Positions 1 to 13,936 of a stretch of DNA of 64,000 nucleotides are shown piece after piece. The DNA is from Octopus sinensis (taxonomy: Eukaryota). The notes beneath the pieces are model-generated. The model worked only from the letters and a program-made list of their open reading frames with translations, made no database searches and was not told the origin of the DNA. The translations under genes were made by a program, and so were the position numbers. Position 1 is the first letter of the stretch. Each line of letters starts with the position of its first letter. Where the stretch lies: positions 40,300,001 through 40,364,000 of the forward strand of contig NC_043012.1 of the NCBI RefSeq assembly GCF_006345805.1, given 5' to 3'.

Positions 1-804
1 ATTGGCACCAATGCTTAATTAGTCCTTTCTCCATTGACCCTTAAAGGATGGAAAGCTACGCTAAAGATTCTGCTGGTTTGCCACCTTAACACTAATAGTT
101 CTTTCTGCTATAGTCACAAGGCCTGAAACTTGTGGTTAGGGGGCTAGTTGAGTACATTGACCCCAGTATCTGACTGGTACTCAGTTTGTTGATCCTGAAA
201 GGATGAAAGGCAAGTTGACCTTTAATATTTGAGCTCAGAATCTGAAGATGGACGAAATGCCTCTGAGTATTTTGTAGTGTGCACAGACGATTCTGCCTGA
301 TTACCACCTTACTACTACTACTACTACTACTACTACCACTACTACTACTCATCCTTTAACGTCAGTTTTTCATGCTGGCATGGGTTGGACAGTTTGACCA
401 GAGCGGGGATGTTGCACCAGCCTCTTCCTGTCTGATTTGGCTTGGTTTCTACAGCTGGGTGCTCTTCCTAGCGCCAACCACTTTACAGTGTGTGCTGGGT
501 GCTTTTATTGTGCCACTGGCATGAGCACTTTTATGTGGGGCCAGCACAAGTGCCTTTTTACGTGGCACTGACATGAATAATTATAATAATAGTAATAATA
601 AAAAAAAGCACAAGGCCTCAAATTTGGGAGAAGGGATTAAGTCGATTACATCGACCCCAGTGCATAACTGGTACTTATTTAATTGACCCCAAACGATGAA
701 AGGCAAAGTTGACCTTGGCGGAATTTGAACTCAGAACATAATGGCAAACAAAATACCACTAAGCTTTTCGCTTGGCATGCTAATGATTCTGCCAGTTTGT
801 CGCT

Positions 805-848
<44 letters not shown>

Positions 849-1067
849 TCTTTCTACAATAAGCCTGAAATTTGGTTGGAGGGGACTAGTCAAGTGCTTG
901 CTTAGTACTTATTGACCCTGAAATGATGAAAAGCAAAGATGACCTCAGGAGAATTTAAACTCAGAACGTTGCGATGGGCGAAATACCACTAAGCATTTCA
1001 TCCAATGTGCTGACATTTCAGCCAGCTCACCACCTCAATAGTAATAATAATAATAATAATAATAATA

Positions 1068-1530
1068 TTTTGCTCAATACCACAGATTTGCTTGTCAGTT
1101 GTTTGACCGTAACCAGTTGAGCATGTCCCTTATTGGCTGACGATATGTGCATCTCTGATCACGAGCAGAAGTAGTGGGGGAGCATCATAGCCATGTGTTG
1201 AGAGGGATTCTTTGGGGTTTCAGTAACTCACCTCTGGAAACATGGGTGTTTCGTTCAACATCCTTAAACAACCCTTTATTCAGGGACCAGTTGAGCCAGA
1301 TGGGTTACTCGACCAGAAGAAAATTCTAACTGGGCCCCACCTGCAAGGTCATGTGCTGTTTATCTTGATATGAGATCACCACGTCACGCACATATGGTTG
1401 TGATGCATGTGCCTGGTGTACCTTTATCAGACGGGTAGTCATGATGGGTATATTGGGCTTCGTATATTTTACCCTAGTGTCACTTTGATGGCTTCCACTG
1501 CTCTCTCGCTCAATAATAATAATAATAATA
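1068..1530 (+). mobile_element. Interspersed repeat with AAT tail (retroposon 3' part); partial copies at ~9830-10030 and ~21380-21460(-)
   Basis: Shared segments gagcatgtccct...gggagcatcatagccatg and gtcactttgatggc..cactgctctctc.ctcaataataat. Confidence 0.6.
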
Positions 1531-2313
1531 ATCATTTCTTCACTTTGTACTGAATTGCTTTGATTTTTTTTGTTGCTATTATTACTACTACTACTACTAG
1601 TACTACTACCACTACTACTACATTGTGTGTGCTAGTTATTACTCAGCAGTTTAATTTCTCACAAGTCATGTCTTTATATAAAGCAACCAGTGATCCTGCT
1701 GTTGAAGATTACTGTATGTTGCAGTTTTGCGTATAAAGTTGTGACTCTGTGCCATATAACAGATGAGACTCAATGGAGCAGAAGAACACTTTGTGATTAA
1801 AGTTATCCATCCATGACCACTCCAGACACTTTTAGAACTATCCTATGCAATGTTCCTTTCCATAGTGGAGTGTCATTTGAGGGAGATTTTGATTCTGTTT
1901 CTATCAGGTTGAATGACAAGGCATAATTTATGCAGCCTTCTGTTTAAGTCAAAATTGATTAGTCATTATCATTAACCAGCATCATAATTTATGCATGTCT
2001 TTTCTGTGTGGCATGAGTGGGCTGGGTCGTCACAATCTGTCATTTTTTTTGTTATTGAAAGAAGCTGCCCTTCGGTGCCGGCATGGCTTGTGTGGTTAGA
2101 AGCTTGCTTCCCAACCACATAGTTCTGTGTTCAATCTCGTCATGTGGCACCTTAGGAAAGTGTCTTCTACTGTGGCCTTGAGCCAACTGAAGCACTATGA
2201 GTGGATTTGGTAGATGGTATTATTGTGTGTGTGTGTCTGTTTGTCCCCCCCCCTCATCACCACCACTACTGCCTGATAACTGGTGTTGGTATGTTTACAT
2301 CCCTTTAACATAA

Positions 2314-2712
2314 GCGCAGGAGTGGCTTTGTGGTAAGTAGCTTGCTTACTAACCACATGGTTCTGGGTTCAGTCCCACTGCTTGGCGCCTTGGGCAAGTG
2401 TCTTCTACTATAGCCTCGGGCCGACCAAAGCCTTGTGAGTGGATTTGGTAGACGGAAACTGAAAGAAGCCTGTCGTATATATCTATACATATGTATATAT
2501 GTGTGTTTCTGTGTCTGTGTTTGTCCCCCCCCCCAACATTGCTTGACAACCGATGCTGGTGTGTTTACGTCCCAGTAACTTAGCAGTTCGGCAAAAAGAA
2601 TCCGAAAGAATAAGTACTAGGCATACAAAGAATAAGTCCTGGGGTCGATTTGTTCAACTAAAGGTGGTACTCCAGCATGGCCGCAGTCAAATTACTGAAA
2701 CAAGTAGAAGAG
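2314..2712 (+). mobile_element. tRNA-derived SINE family A (best copy). Other copies near 2080, 4600, 6250(-), 10970, 36580(-), 40150-40490(-), 55600, 60775(-)
   Basis: Recurrent core ggctgtgtggtaagaagcttgcttcccaaccacatggtt...ccttgggcaagtgtcttctactatagcc...cagcatggccgcagtc with Pol III A/B-box-like head. Confidence 0.85.
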
Positions 2713-2877
2713 TAGCAGTTTGGCAAAAGAGACTGATAGAATAAGTACCAGGCTCAAAAAAGAAACAAAAAGAAAATAAGTCCTGGGGTTGATTCAGTCG
2801 ACCAAAGAATTCTTCTAGGCGGTGCTCCAGCATGGCCACAGTCTGATGACTAAAAGAAGTAAAAGATAAAATTACGA

Positions 2878-3150
2878 TTAACCCTTTGGCATTCACATTA
2901 TTCTGTCAAAAGCAATAATTATTTATTCACATTGCTTTGAACTAACCATGGGTGCTCCAGCATGGCCGCACTGTAATGATTGAAATAAGTAAAAGGCCAA
3001 AGGTATCTTGTAGCTTTGAGAGTTTGATGAGGTAACTGTTAATTTGTAGAACGATATTGTAGGGTTGGTGTGAGAGACCAGATCTGACCAGTTTGACCAT
3101 AAAACAGAATATTTTGACCGGGTATGGTTGATTTAAATGCTAAAGGTTTA
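2878..3150. mobile_element. Second TTAACCCTTT...AAAGG(G)TTAA MITE family; related pieces at ~12825-12990, ~20925-21190, ~43555-43730
   Basis: Termini ttaaccctttggcattc and gctaaaggtttaa; shared cagatctggcc..tctcacacc.accctacaat core. Confidence 0.55.
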
Positions 3151-3338
3151 ATGGTAGATCAAAGGATCATGTCTTGCTCATTTCCTGTTTTTGACTTGGT
3201 TTCTACAGCAAGCTGTCCTTCCTAACCCCAGCTACTTCACAGAGTTTAACACTTGGTCCATCAAATTCTGGTCCCGGCAGTAGGAGGTAAGGCTGTTGTG
3301 TTCTTGGTTAGAAGAAGGCTTTCTCAACCCTGCTTATA

Positions 3339-3493
3339 CAGTCATGGCTAAAAGTTTGGAGCATAGGTCTGAAAATTAGAGTTTTTACATTAAAGGCCCA
3401 AATATATACGTTGTATATATTTGAATCGATATGTACTTGGGCATAACAATCTTAATCTTTTTAAAAAATGTTCCAAGCTTTTGGCCACAACTT
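3339..3493. mobile_element. Tc1-like MITE
   Basis: Imperfect TIRs CAGTCATGGCTAAAAGTTTGG and CCAAGCTTTTGGCCACAACTT; TA on both flanks. Confidence 0.7.
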
Positions 3494-4066
3494 TATGCCA
3501 ACCATTTTAGAGTTTTCTGGGTGTATTGTATTATGGTGCCAACAATTCTGAGGTTCTTTTCTCCCCTGCAAGACTAAAGTTTTCATTAGTATTTTGTCCC
3601 TGACCATTCAGGGTCATATGATTGAGAGGTTGAACTGAAAAGGCAGCAATGAATATAAACGATCCAGGTTGTAAATCACGTTTTTTATGTTTTTTTTTTA
3701 ACCCATTCAAACTCACCTGTCTGGGAGAATATATTAAAATGATGAATTTCTCTGCTACCTTTATCTAATAATAGTCAAGTCTACATCTAATGTTAAAGCA
3801 CCACCTGGGTTCTATTTAGATATGCGCTTGTGTGTATGCGTGTGTGTTTGTATTTATATGCATGTATCTATGTGTATATATGTGTATAAGTATTTTGTTG
3901 ACATCATAAGAGTAAAGAAACCTTCAAGAGAATGTGAAATAATTCATTTTTGGAATAGTGAATCCCAGAACGCACAAAGCCCTAATAATAGCAAAACATT
4001 GGGTGAAAACACCCCTTGCAGAGAAAAAGTTTTAGGCTGCCTTTGACCCTTTTTCTGTCCAAGGGT

Positions 4067-4098
<32 letters not shown>

Positions 4099-5158
4099 GC
4101 TCTGAGATGTTTTCTCAGTGCTAAGGAGAGTGAACTGCATGCAGTCCACAACACATCACTTTAACCTTCAACTGCTGTTGCTGCTAAGCAATCAAAATAT
4201 AAAAAAAAAAATTGCATTCTTTATTGTTGTTTGCAATCAGATACCCCTTCCTGCTCATCCTACCCCTTCTAGCGCTAATATTTTATTGACTTTAGATATC
4301 ACAGCTATTAAATAGGTCTTGCAAAATAGATTTGGATCTCGTGGCGATTTGTATACTTACAAACAAATTGTTTCTCCCCTCTCATACACACACACACTGT
4401 GCCCCCCCTCTCTCACACACACTGTGCCTCCCTCTCTCACACACACTGTGCTCCCTCTCACACACACACTGTCACTAGGTTTTATGAACTCGGTAATGAT
4501 TTGTTCATTGCAAACAAATATTTTAAGGATAGGTGTTGGAATGGGTCTGTTTGTACATGTTGTGTGTACAGCTACACCATCATGTATGTACACACGCTGG
4601 GATGGCTGTGTGGTAAGAAGTTTGCTTCCCAACCACATGGCTCCAGGTTTAATCCCACTTTGGGAAAGGGTCTTCTATAGCCTCAGGCCAACCAAAACCT
4701 TGGGAGTGGATTTGGAAGACAGAAGAAGTCTGTCGTCGTTTATGTATTCATATATATATATATATATATATAATAACATTAGAGAGTATAACTCCAAACT
4801 TACAGGGAAAAATTCAATTTAGTATTAAATCAAATTTCACAATATAAAATATAAATTAGAGATAAAACCACTATTATGCAACTCAAACAGTGATAGGCAT
4901 AAACCAAAACATAAATAACAAATAGGATGTTGCATGATAGTGGTTTTATCTCTAATTTATATTTTATATATATATATATATATGTGTGTGTTTGTCTCTC
5001 ACTACTGCTTCACAATTGGTGCTGGTGTGGTTAAGTCCCCATAACTTAGCAGTTTGGCAAAAGTGATTGATAGAATAAGTACCAGGTCTTAAAAATAAAT
5101 GCTTGGGTTTATTTGTTTAACTAAAACTATTCAGTCTAGTGCCTGAAATAAGTGAAAG

Positions 5159-5205
<47 letters not shown>

Positions 5206-5520
5206 TACATGAATGGGTGCTAAAATGTTCTTAGCTTTGGGTAATAGAAAATAGAGGAGGATCAGTTAATTATGATTTTATCCAACATATTCCCCTTTCA
5301 GATTCACATACTTGTTGCAGTGGTCCTTCAGTTTTTCTAAGTCCTGTAAAAGAATGTGGGTGGTTGGGCCTCCAACCAGGCTTTTCGCAATACCCTTACA
5401 GCCAGGAACTTTTCAGCTCCCCCTCATCTACACAGATAGATGTGTGTTTATATAGGTAACAGAGAATGTGTGTTTACAAAGATATCTATGTGAACATGTA
5501 TACATATTTATGTAGATGTA

Positions 5521-5852
5521 TGTTATAATGTGGACCCTCGTCCACTTCAAATGTTGTTGTCGGCACTGTAATATTCTTGTCGACATTAATATGTTGTGGC
5601 AGTATTCCACATTTTATTATCTTTGACTCATCTACTGTGCCATTACTGATAGCTCCACAAAACAATGACTTTGAAATGTCTACCTTGGCGGTAACTCGAA
5701 CTCATATATATCACGTAACTGACACTGACTCCAACTGAGAACTCGTACAACGACTCTGCTACTACTGACTTGCTACACCAACTGACTGTCTGACTTTATA
5801 ATGGCTGGTTCATACCACTTTGTCACGTGGGAAGGTGAGTGCCATTTTCACT

Positions 5853-5858
<6 letters not shown>
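5521..5858 (-). mobile_element. Solo LTR of an LTR retrotransposon
   Basis: TG...CA termini with short IR (TGTTATA/TGTTGTA). Minus strand has TATAAAG followed by AATAAA. Flanks are ATGTA/ATATA. Confidence 0.65.
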
Positions 5859-5889
<31 letters not shown>

Positions 5890-8800
5890 ACATATATACA
5901 CATACAAATGCACACACACTCACACATTCACACACACGTACGTGTGTGTCTATGAGGATAGACATGTATACACAGGAAGTCCCTTCTGGATACATGTCTT
6001 TCCTCCACCTAACTTAGTACACAAATTTAACTCTAACCACATATATCTTTTATTTTACATTTGTTTCACTCATTAGACTGCGGCCATGCTAGGGCACCGC
6101 CTTGAAGAATTTTAGTCTAACAAATTGACCCTGGACTTCTTAAAGCTCGGTATTTATTCTACTGGTCTCTTTTGCTGAACTTCCAAGTTATGGGGGCGTA
6201 AACACACCAGCAACTGTTAAGTGGTAGAGATGGGGGACAAACACAAATACAAACACACGACAGGCTCTTTCAGTTTCCGTCCACCAGGCCTACTCACAAG
6301 GCTTCGGTCAGCCTGGATCTATAGTAGAAAACACTTGCCCAAGGGGCCATGCCATAGGACTGAACCCAGAACCATGTGGTTGGGAAGCAAGCTTCTTACC
6401 ACACAGCCATGCCTGTGTCTATATTGAAATTTTCCCATCTATTTTTTTTCATGTTTTCAAAATGCTTTGACTGAGAAAGGTTTTTGTAATGGATGCACTT
6501 CCTGTTGTATATTGCACAAACCTGAAAGACATGCATGAAATGATTTGAAAATATCACTAGTCTGACGCCCCCACAACTTAGCGGTTTGGTAAAAGAGATT
6601 AATAAAATAGAAAACAATAGTATTGGAGTTGATTCATTTAACTGATAATTCTTCAAGGTGGTGCCCCAGTATGGCCACAGTCTGATGACTGAAACAAGTA
6701 AAAGATAAAAGATATGCTGAACAAAAAACAGGATGGTCACATCGAGAATGCTCTTGGTTGTAGGTCTACTGAGTGAGGACTGGGGTTGAATAAGGGAGTG
6801 ACCCTGGATAAGAGACAGGGGAGTCATGAGTGAGGAATTTTTGATCACAGACCTGCAAGATCAGGTCTGACCTGAAGCTAAACAATACCTTTATTATTCC
6901 AAAGCTTCTATTTGTGTAACTTAAAGAAAGGAGGAAGCAAAAGCAGGATATGAAGGAGGAAATCCTACTAGGATGTGGTCATGTCTGCATAGAAAAGAAG
7001 AACAGGTATCTCCTGGTGTGTAGAGTAACATGATACACTGTTGTTCACCTGTAAAATTTGTTCCTTTATTAAATCTGGTAGAAACTGATGTCCTCTCAGC
7101 AATTAACCAGAGATGATTTTTAAAATGAGAATATCTGAAATAAACTTGACTGCTCTCACAAACGAGAATACTGAAAATGAACCTGACTGCTCTTAATAAT
7201 CAAATTAAGTAAATTTGACAAATAATCCAGAATCCTTGCCTGGTACCAGATTGATCCCAAAATCTAATCAGTTAGTGCTAGTCATGAGGCCAAACATCCC
7301 CGAAAGTTTCATCCAAATCCCTCCAGTGGTTCTTGAGATATCTTGTCCATGGACAAACAAACAAACACGACTGAAAATAATACCTCTGTTTCCAGTAAAG
7401 TGAAGTTAATAACAATAATGATAATAATAATGGTTTCAGATTTTGGCACGAGGCCAGCAAGTTCGGTGGGAAAAGTTAAGTTAATTAAATCAACCTCAGC
7501 ACTCAAGTGGCACATATTTTATTGACCCCCGAAAGGGTGAAGGGCAAAATCAACCTCTGTGGAATTTGAACTCAGATGAAATGCTGTGAGCATTTTGCCT
7601 GTTCTAATGATTCTGCCAACAATGATGAACTTATTATATGCTTGGGTGCACAACAATTCATCAGAAAAAGTAGCTGAAAGTGCATGAAGCATAAAATAAT
7701 GCACAGGAAGAGAACAGTAAATGAGTCGTTTAAAAAAGAGGTGGCGAGGAATTTCAAGAAGCTTTGAAGGATGTCCTGACAACTGATGTGGGTTGTTTAT
7801 TCTATGCTTCAGCAATTCTGAGCATGAAAAGAATGTTTGCAAAGGTCATGGGTGCTGTGTTGTTCTTTTGATTTTGTATGCATGTCCGCATGCAGATCAA
7901 GATCTGAAAAGAGGAGATGCTCATGGGTGGAAGGTTTGGTCAAATGAGGTTGAGGAGGAAGAGAGGGAGGGAGCAAGGCAGCCTATAATATTCTTCCATT
8001 ATAGGGAGCATGAGTTAAAATCTAACCCTTAACGTTTCCTCTGTGTCCCCCTGCTATTGTTATAGAAATGAGATTAATGAAGATTAAGATTCTCTGATAT
8101 AATAAGCTTGGCTGGATTAACAGCTGTCTCTCTTGTGTCGCCTGGTAAGTTTATTTATTAGCAACTGTCAACCAGGACAGTATAGAACATACATACACAC
8201 ACACTAACACAAATGTGTACACACATGTACACATGTATACAGCAAAGCTATTAGGAATTTAGATTCTTAGCTTTCTAATTAGATAATTAGATAATTAATC
8301 AGCTGCTTTTAGATTTTCAACCCATGCCAGCACGGAAAATGGATATTAAATAATGGCATTGGTGATAGTGATGGTGTTGATGATGATGACATTAAAATAA
8401 ATGATTTCGAATTTTGACACAAAGCCAGCAATTCGGAGGGAAGTGTTAGGTTGATTATATCAACTCCTGTGCTTAACTGAATTGAATTGAACCGGTTTCA
8501 GCTCACGAGCTGTGGCCATGCTGGGGCACCATTTTATCAGCCTTGAATGGATGAAAGGCAAAGAAAAAAAAAACTTTGTAAAATATATCTTTATATATAA
8601 ATACTACATTGTGAGATGTAACCCTTTTGTTACCAGCCCAGCTGAAACCACCTCTGGCTCTGTAGTACAAATGTCTTGTTTTCAAAAGTTCTGAATAAAA
8701 ATCTTCCACCAAACCTTAGTCACAATTTATGTTCCTAACACTAGCTTAATGATAACTAAGTTATTCTACTAAATTCTTCTTTATATTTAAAATAATTGAA

Positions 8801-11379
8801 AGAAACACAGAGCATCTTAACAGAAATAGGATAACAAAAGGGTCAATATCCTGTTTCTGACCATTAATGAGGTTGTTGATGTGTTGAACCAAGTCAGCTG
8901 TGATCTAGCTGCCCTGTTCTGCATGGTTGAACATCCAGTCTTGACTGAACAATGACTGTTACCTGCAGATCTGTTGCAGTTTTAATATGTCCCCACCCCA
9001 CTAAAGGTGCACATTGCATAATGTATGGGCAAAGGTCCCCTCTCTCCACTGTCCAGTCTGTTTTGTCTTTTATATCTTTTATTCGTTTGTCATTGGACTG
9101 TGGCCATGCTGGGGCACTACCTTGAAGAATTTTTAATTGAATCAACTGACCTTAGTACTAATTTATAAAGTACCGGTAACTGCTAAGTTAGAGGGACGTC
9201 AACACACCAACACCGGTTGTCAAGTGGTGTGGGTGGGTGGACAAATGCAGGTACAAAGGCACACACACACACACACGTACGATGGTCTTCTTTCAGTTTC
9301 CATCTTTCAATTCCACAGGCAACGCTTTGGTCATCCTGGGGCTATAGTAAAAGACATCCATGTTTCTGTACGTTTATCAGTAACCCTTTTGATGCTTATT
9401 CACGTGAAACTGCCCCTTATTCTCTGATACAAACCCTTTCTTTGCTAGCAGGTTTTTATTTAGTTTCCTTTAGGGATTTTAATTAAAAACCTCCAGAAAA
9501 ATTTCAGGCTTCAAACACCAGCAAAATAACGACAAAGTTGTTTTACAAAATTTTTGATTATTATAAAAAAAAACCCCAAAAATCAACAATGGTGGTGTAA
9601 TTTAAAAGAAATACATTAACAAAAGGTCTCACCCAAAGCCAACTCTGAGTGAAGTAGAACAATGCCAGCCATGCCCATCCCAGCTATCATAAAATAAAAA
9701 AACATGTTTACTTAATATTGCTAATAACATTTGCTCAGTAAGTGTTATTTCCTCTTTGCAAATCAAAGGAAATCACTTCTATTCTCTTCAGATTTTGCCT
9801 TTGTGACTTGGACATCCATGTTTTGAAGCTGACCTATTTCTCCATTACATTTCAGACAGGATTCAGTGCTGAAATAATGTTATAGCAAATATTCTGTGCA
9901 ATGCCATACATTTGCTTGACCTTGACCACTTGAACATGTCCCTCAGTGGCTGAAAATATGTGCATCTCTGATCATGGGCAGGAAATAGTAAGGGAGCATC
10001 ATAGCCATGGGTTGAGATAGATTCTTTGGGGTGTCACAGTGGTGTTGGTGGAGGTGTGGGGGTCATGGCATTGTCGAGGGTGTCTTGATGTTTTACTCTG
10101 ATCATATTTCTAAATGGCCGTTTGATGTTTTCCTTTTCTTCTTTAAGCTGGGTGTCACAGTCAAGCTTGCAATCAACGCAAGGTGTGTTCAGGTGCGATT
10201 GATTATAATCAATCAATAAGTCATCCAACTTTTACTTGCTTTGAAGTATGGATTATAACCACCACTGTCGCCATCAGTGATGACAACAATTGGTTTAATA
10301 TTACAGTCCGTAAGCAATTATTGTGATTGTCATCGTCAGTGACCATAATTGTTGCCATGGGTACCATGGATAACCATCAGGTGTTGTTGTCTCTCATTCA
10401 ACCATCTCAGTTGTAAATACCATCACCGCTGCCAGCATCGATTCCCCCCTCCCACCACCACTAACATCAACCTCTCTGCCACCACCATCAATCTCCTCCA
10501 CAGTCACTACTATCATCATCATCATCATCATCATCACCACCATTAGCAGTGATCAGGTGCAGGCATGGCTGTGTGAATTAGAGATTTAGTCCACAGCCAT
10601 GTGGTCTCAGGTTCAATCTCTCTTCAAGTGCCACCTTGGGCCAGGTATCTTCCACTGTAAATCCTTTAGTCAACCGATACCTTCAGGTTGGAATTTGGTA
10701 GACAAGACCTGGGTGGAAGTCCATCAGGATGACCGTTCCTGTTTTGCTTGGGTCACAGCATGACACCTGCCACCACCACCTGGGCCTTTAGTAGGATCCA
10801 CTTTGTAGCAAACACTGGCACCAAGGTCTCAGGTCTGCGAATAACTTCCTCATTTCTTCCTTCCAATCACAGAGTGTGAGGGAGGGATCTAGAAAAGGGA
10901 ATCACGACTGTGATTCTTCGTGTTTTTAAGTAAACCATTAACAGAAAATGATGAAAGTGCAGGCATGTCTTTATGGTAAGAAGCTTGCTTCCCAACCACA
11001 TGATTCCAGGTTCAATCTCACTGTACGGCACCTTGGACAAGTGTCTTCTATTATAGCCTCGGGCCAACCAAAGCCTTGTGAGCAGATTTGGTAAATGGAA
11101 ACTGAAAGAATCCCATTGTATAGAGTACATATATATGTGTGTTTGTGTGTCTGTCTGTCTGTTTTTAACCCCTAACCCCACCACTTGGCAACTGGTGTTG
11201 GTGTGTTTACATTCTCCTAACTTAGCAGTTTGGCAAAAGTGACCAATGGAATAAGTAACAGGCCTAAAAATAAACTAGGGTTCAATTCATTCAGGGCAGT
11301 GCCCCAACATGGTCGCAGTCTAATGACTGAAACAAGATCAAAAATGAAAGTGTGTTGGTTGTTTTGGAAGCATTCAAGG

Positions 11380-11424
<45 letters not shown>

Positions 11425-13146
11425 ATCAGCCATTATCTTAGATACGGAACCAGATATTCTGTATTCCTGCAGTGCAGATCTTAGTTAGTTAGTTAGTTAA
11501 TTTTTTGGCTCAAAAAGCAAAAAGCAAGGCCATGTAGGGGGACATGGAGTTATGTACAGGGTGGTGTTCATGTAAAGAGTTCAGGCCACTTGAGGTCAAG
11601 GGAGACTTTGAACAAAGCTGTCGTCAACCCAAAGTTTGCCGATATCCTTCTTGGTTATGACTGTCTCCACTCGGTGGCAATTCGGCTTCAGAACTCTTAT
11701 GTCCTCTGGGTTGTATTCTTCTGGATTAACCAAACAGCTTTGTTCTGTAGCCAGGATTCAAACACCTGTACGACTGGTTATAAAACCAAAATCTAACCCC
11801 CACCACCACCACCACCACCTCAAAAAGTCTGGATAAATAAGTAGGTCAGTTAAAACTAGCTTTACATTAGTTTACTTACTTAACCTCTTACTGCTATCTT
11901 ATTTGTCAATGGTGGGTCTTAAATGCATTTCAATTGCTTGTTTTCCTTTAGTTTATATATTTTTTTAAAAGAAAGTTCTACAATAAGACTGCCATCACCC
12001 CTTTTTGTCCCCGTCCCTAGATTCTATAGGAAAAATAACAGCCAAACAGACTTAAAGGAATTAAAGTTTATGATTGGATGGATAAGTTGTGGAACTTTTG
12101 TATTAAAAGTTTGTACTTTATAGGTCGCTGTTTGTGTTTCTAGGTGCAGCATTATTTTGTGTCCGTTATCTTTGTTGGCCCAGCTGGAGGGCAAATATGC
12201 ATGGCTGTGTGGTTAAGAAGTTTGCTTCACAACTGCATGGCTTTGGGTTCAAAACCCTCTGTGTGGTAACCTTGGGTAATTGCCTTCTGTTTTAACCGCA
12301 AGTCAGCCTTCACCTTGTAAAGAAAATTCAGTGGACAGAAACTGACAGGGTGTGGGGAAAACCTGGTGGGAGATTGTTTCGTATTTCTTTACTACCCACA
12401 AGGGGCTAAACATAGAGGGGACAAACAAGGACAGACAAAGGGATTAAGTTGCTTACATCGACCCCAGTGCGTAACTGGTACTTATTTAATCGACCCTGAA
12501 AAGATGAAAGGCAAAGTCAACCTCAGCGGAATTTGAACTCAGAACCTAAAGGCAGACAAAATACAGCGAAGCATTTTGCCCGGTGTGCTAACGATTCTGC
12601 CAGTTCGCTGCCTTCTGATTCTGTTGTCGGGTGCTGGACTTAAATCATTACTGGTCTAACGCCATTATCATCTGAACCAAGGGTATCTTTGGCAGGCTCC
12701 AACAATCCACTCTGTTGGAAGGCCTCTGCTCTGACTACAACTAGATCCTTTATCTTCTTCCAAGCTTAGAACCCTGAAAATGGATGCTACTGTGTGTCCT
12801 AAGTCATTCACCATTTAGCATATAAACTGGCCAGATCTGGCTTATCCAACCTAACCGGTAATGTCATTCTAAAATTAAACAATTACATCACTGAAGCTTT
12901 GTAGCTATGAGTTACTTCATGATTAATTGAAAAGAATGTGAATGAATAAGAAATTACATTTGGCAGAGTAATCCGAATGCTGAAGCGTTAAATAAAGGGT
13001 CTTTTTATCTCGGCCAATCTGAGGGGTAAGTACTATAGTCATTCCTGGGAAGTTAGCCTGCTATAGACTAGCATCTTATCCAGGAGGAAATTTATTCATT
13101 CATTTGTACCAGGATAAGGAACCACTAATAACTTCTTTTAGTGAAC

Positions 13147-13365
13147 CAACTATCAGAGAAGTTCTCAGCCAAGAGCAGGCCACTGCAGTTAGCGTTTGTT
13201 GACCTGGAGAAGGGTTTTGGAAGATTACTGAGTCTGGTGGTTGCTAAGATAATGAATATTTTGTGAATAAAAATGAATAAAGCTTGTGATGTAAGTAAAT
13301 TGAGAGTTAGGAATGAGTTCAGAGAGGAATTTAGTTGGCAGGTTGGTGTACGCTGTAGCTTGGTA
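13147..13365 (+). mobile_element. Decayed RTE-type LINE reverse transcriptase fragment
   Basis: Translates to QLSEKFSAKSRPLQLAFVDLEKGFGR and SKLRVRNEFREEFSWQVGVR, resembling the RT motifs FVDLEKAFD and VGVHQG. Confidence 0.75.
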
Positions 13366-13604
13366 TTTTGTAGATACACCTTCCTTAAGGGAGCTGTTAC
13401 CTCTTTGAAGGGTTTCTCTCTCTCTCTGTATGGAAAATGGGTCGTACGATGCTTGTGTTTAGTGAGTACAATATTACCCATTTGCGACACATTAGCATGG
13501 AATGTTTAAGATGTATCAAGGATGAAGAGAAATCAATAATGTTAATGTGTGATGGGGCACAGGGGAGCTAAGAGAAAATAAACAGGTGTTAGAGAAGTCA
13601 GTGA

Positions 13605-13936
13605 AGGTGCATGGCTCAGTGGTTAGAGCATCAGGCTCACAATCATGAGGTAGTGAGTTCGATTCCCGGACCAGGCTGTGTATTGTGTTCTTGAATAAGA
13701 CACTTTATTCCACATTGCTCCTGTTCACTCAGCTGTAGAAATGAGTTACAATGTCACTGGTGCCATACTGTATCGGCCCATTTGCCTTGGATGACATTGG
13801 TGGAGTGAAGAGGGGAGGCTGGCATGCATGGGCGACTGTTGGTCTTCCATAAACAACCTTGCCCGGACTTGCGCCTCAGAAAGGAACATTCTAGGCGCAA
13901 TCTCATGGTCATTCATGACCGAAGGGAGTCTTTACC
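13605..13936 (+). mobile_element. tRNA-derived SINE family D (representative copy). Others at 49955-50270, 23290(-), 29885, 36175(-), 39410(-), 61770(-)
   Basis: Head ggtgcatggctcagtggttagagc...gagttcgattccc then cttgagcaagacactttatt body; a near-full second copy at ~49955. Confidence 0.8.

Noticed and set aside
3705-3810. Strong minus-strand donor CAG|GTGAGT at ~3716-3711
   Set aside because: No open frame or convincing partner exon; isolated consensus matches are expected by chance in 64 kb.
10034-10228. 64-aa minus-strand ORF with protein-like composition
   Set aside because: No flanking splice signals or family motif recognised.
11480-11790. Possible LINE 3' end on minus with a (CTAA)n tail
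   Set aside because: The short frame (...KDIGKLWVDDSFVQSLP*) could not be tied to a known clade by eye, so it was left unannotated.
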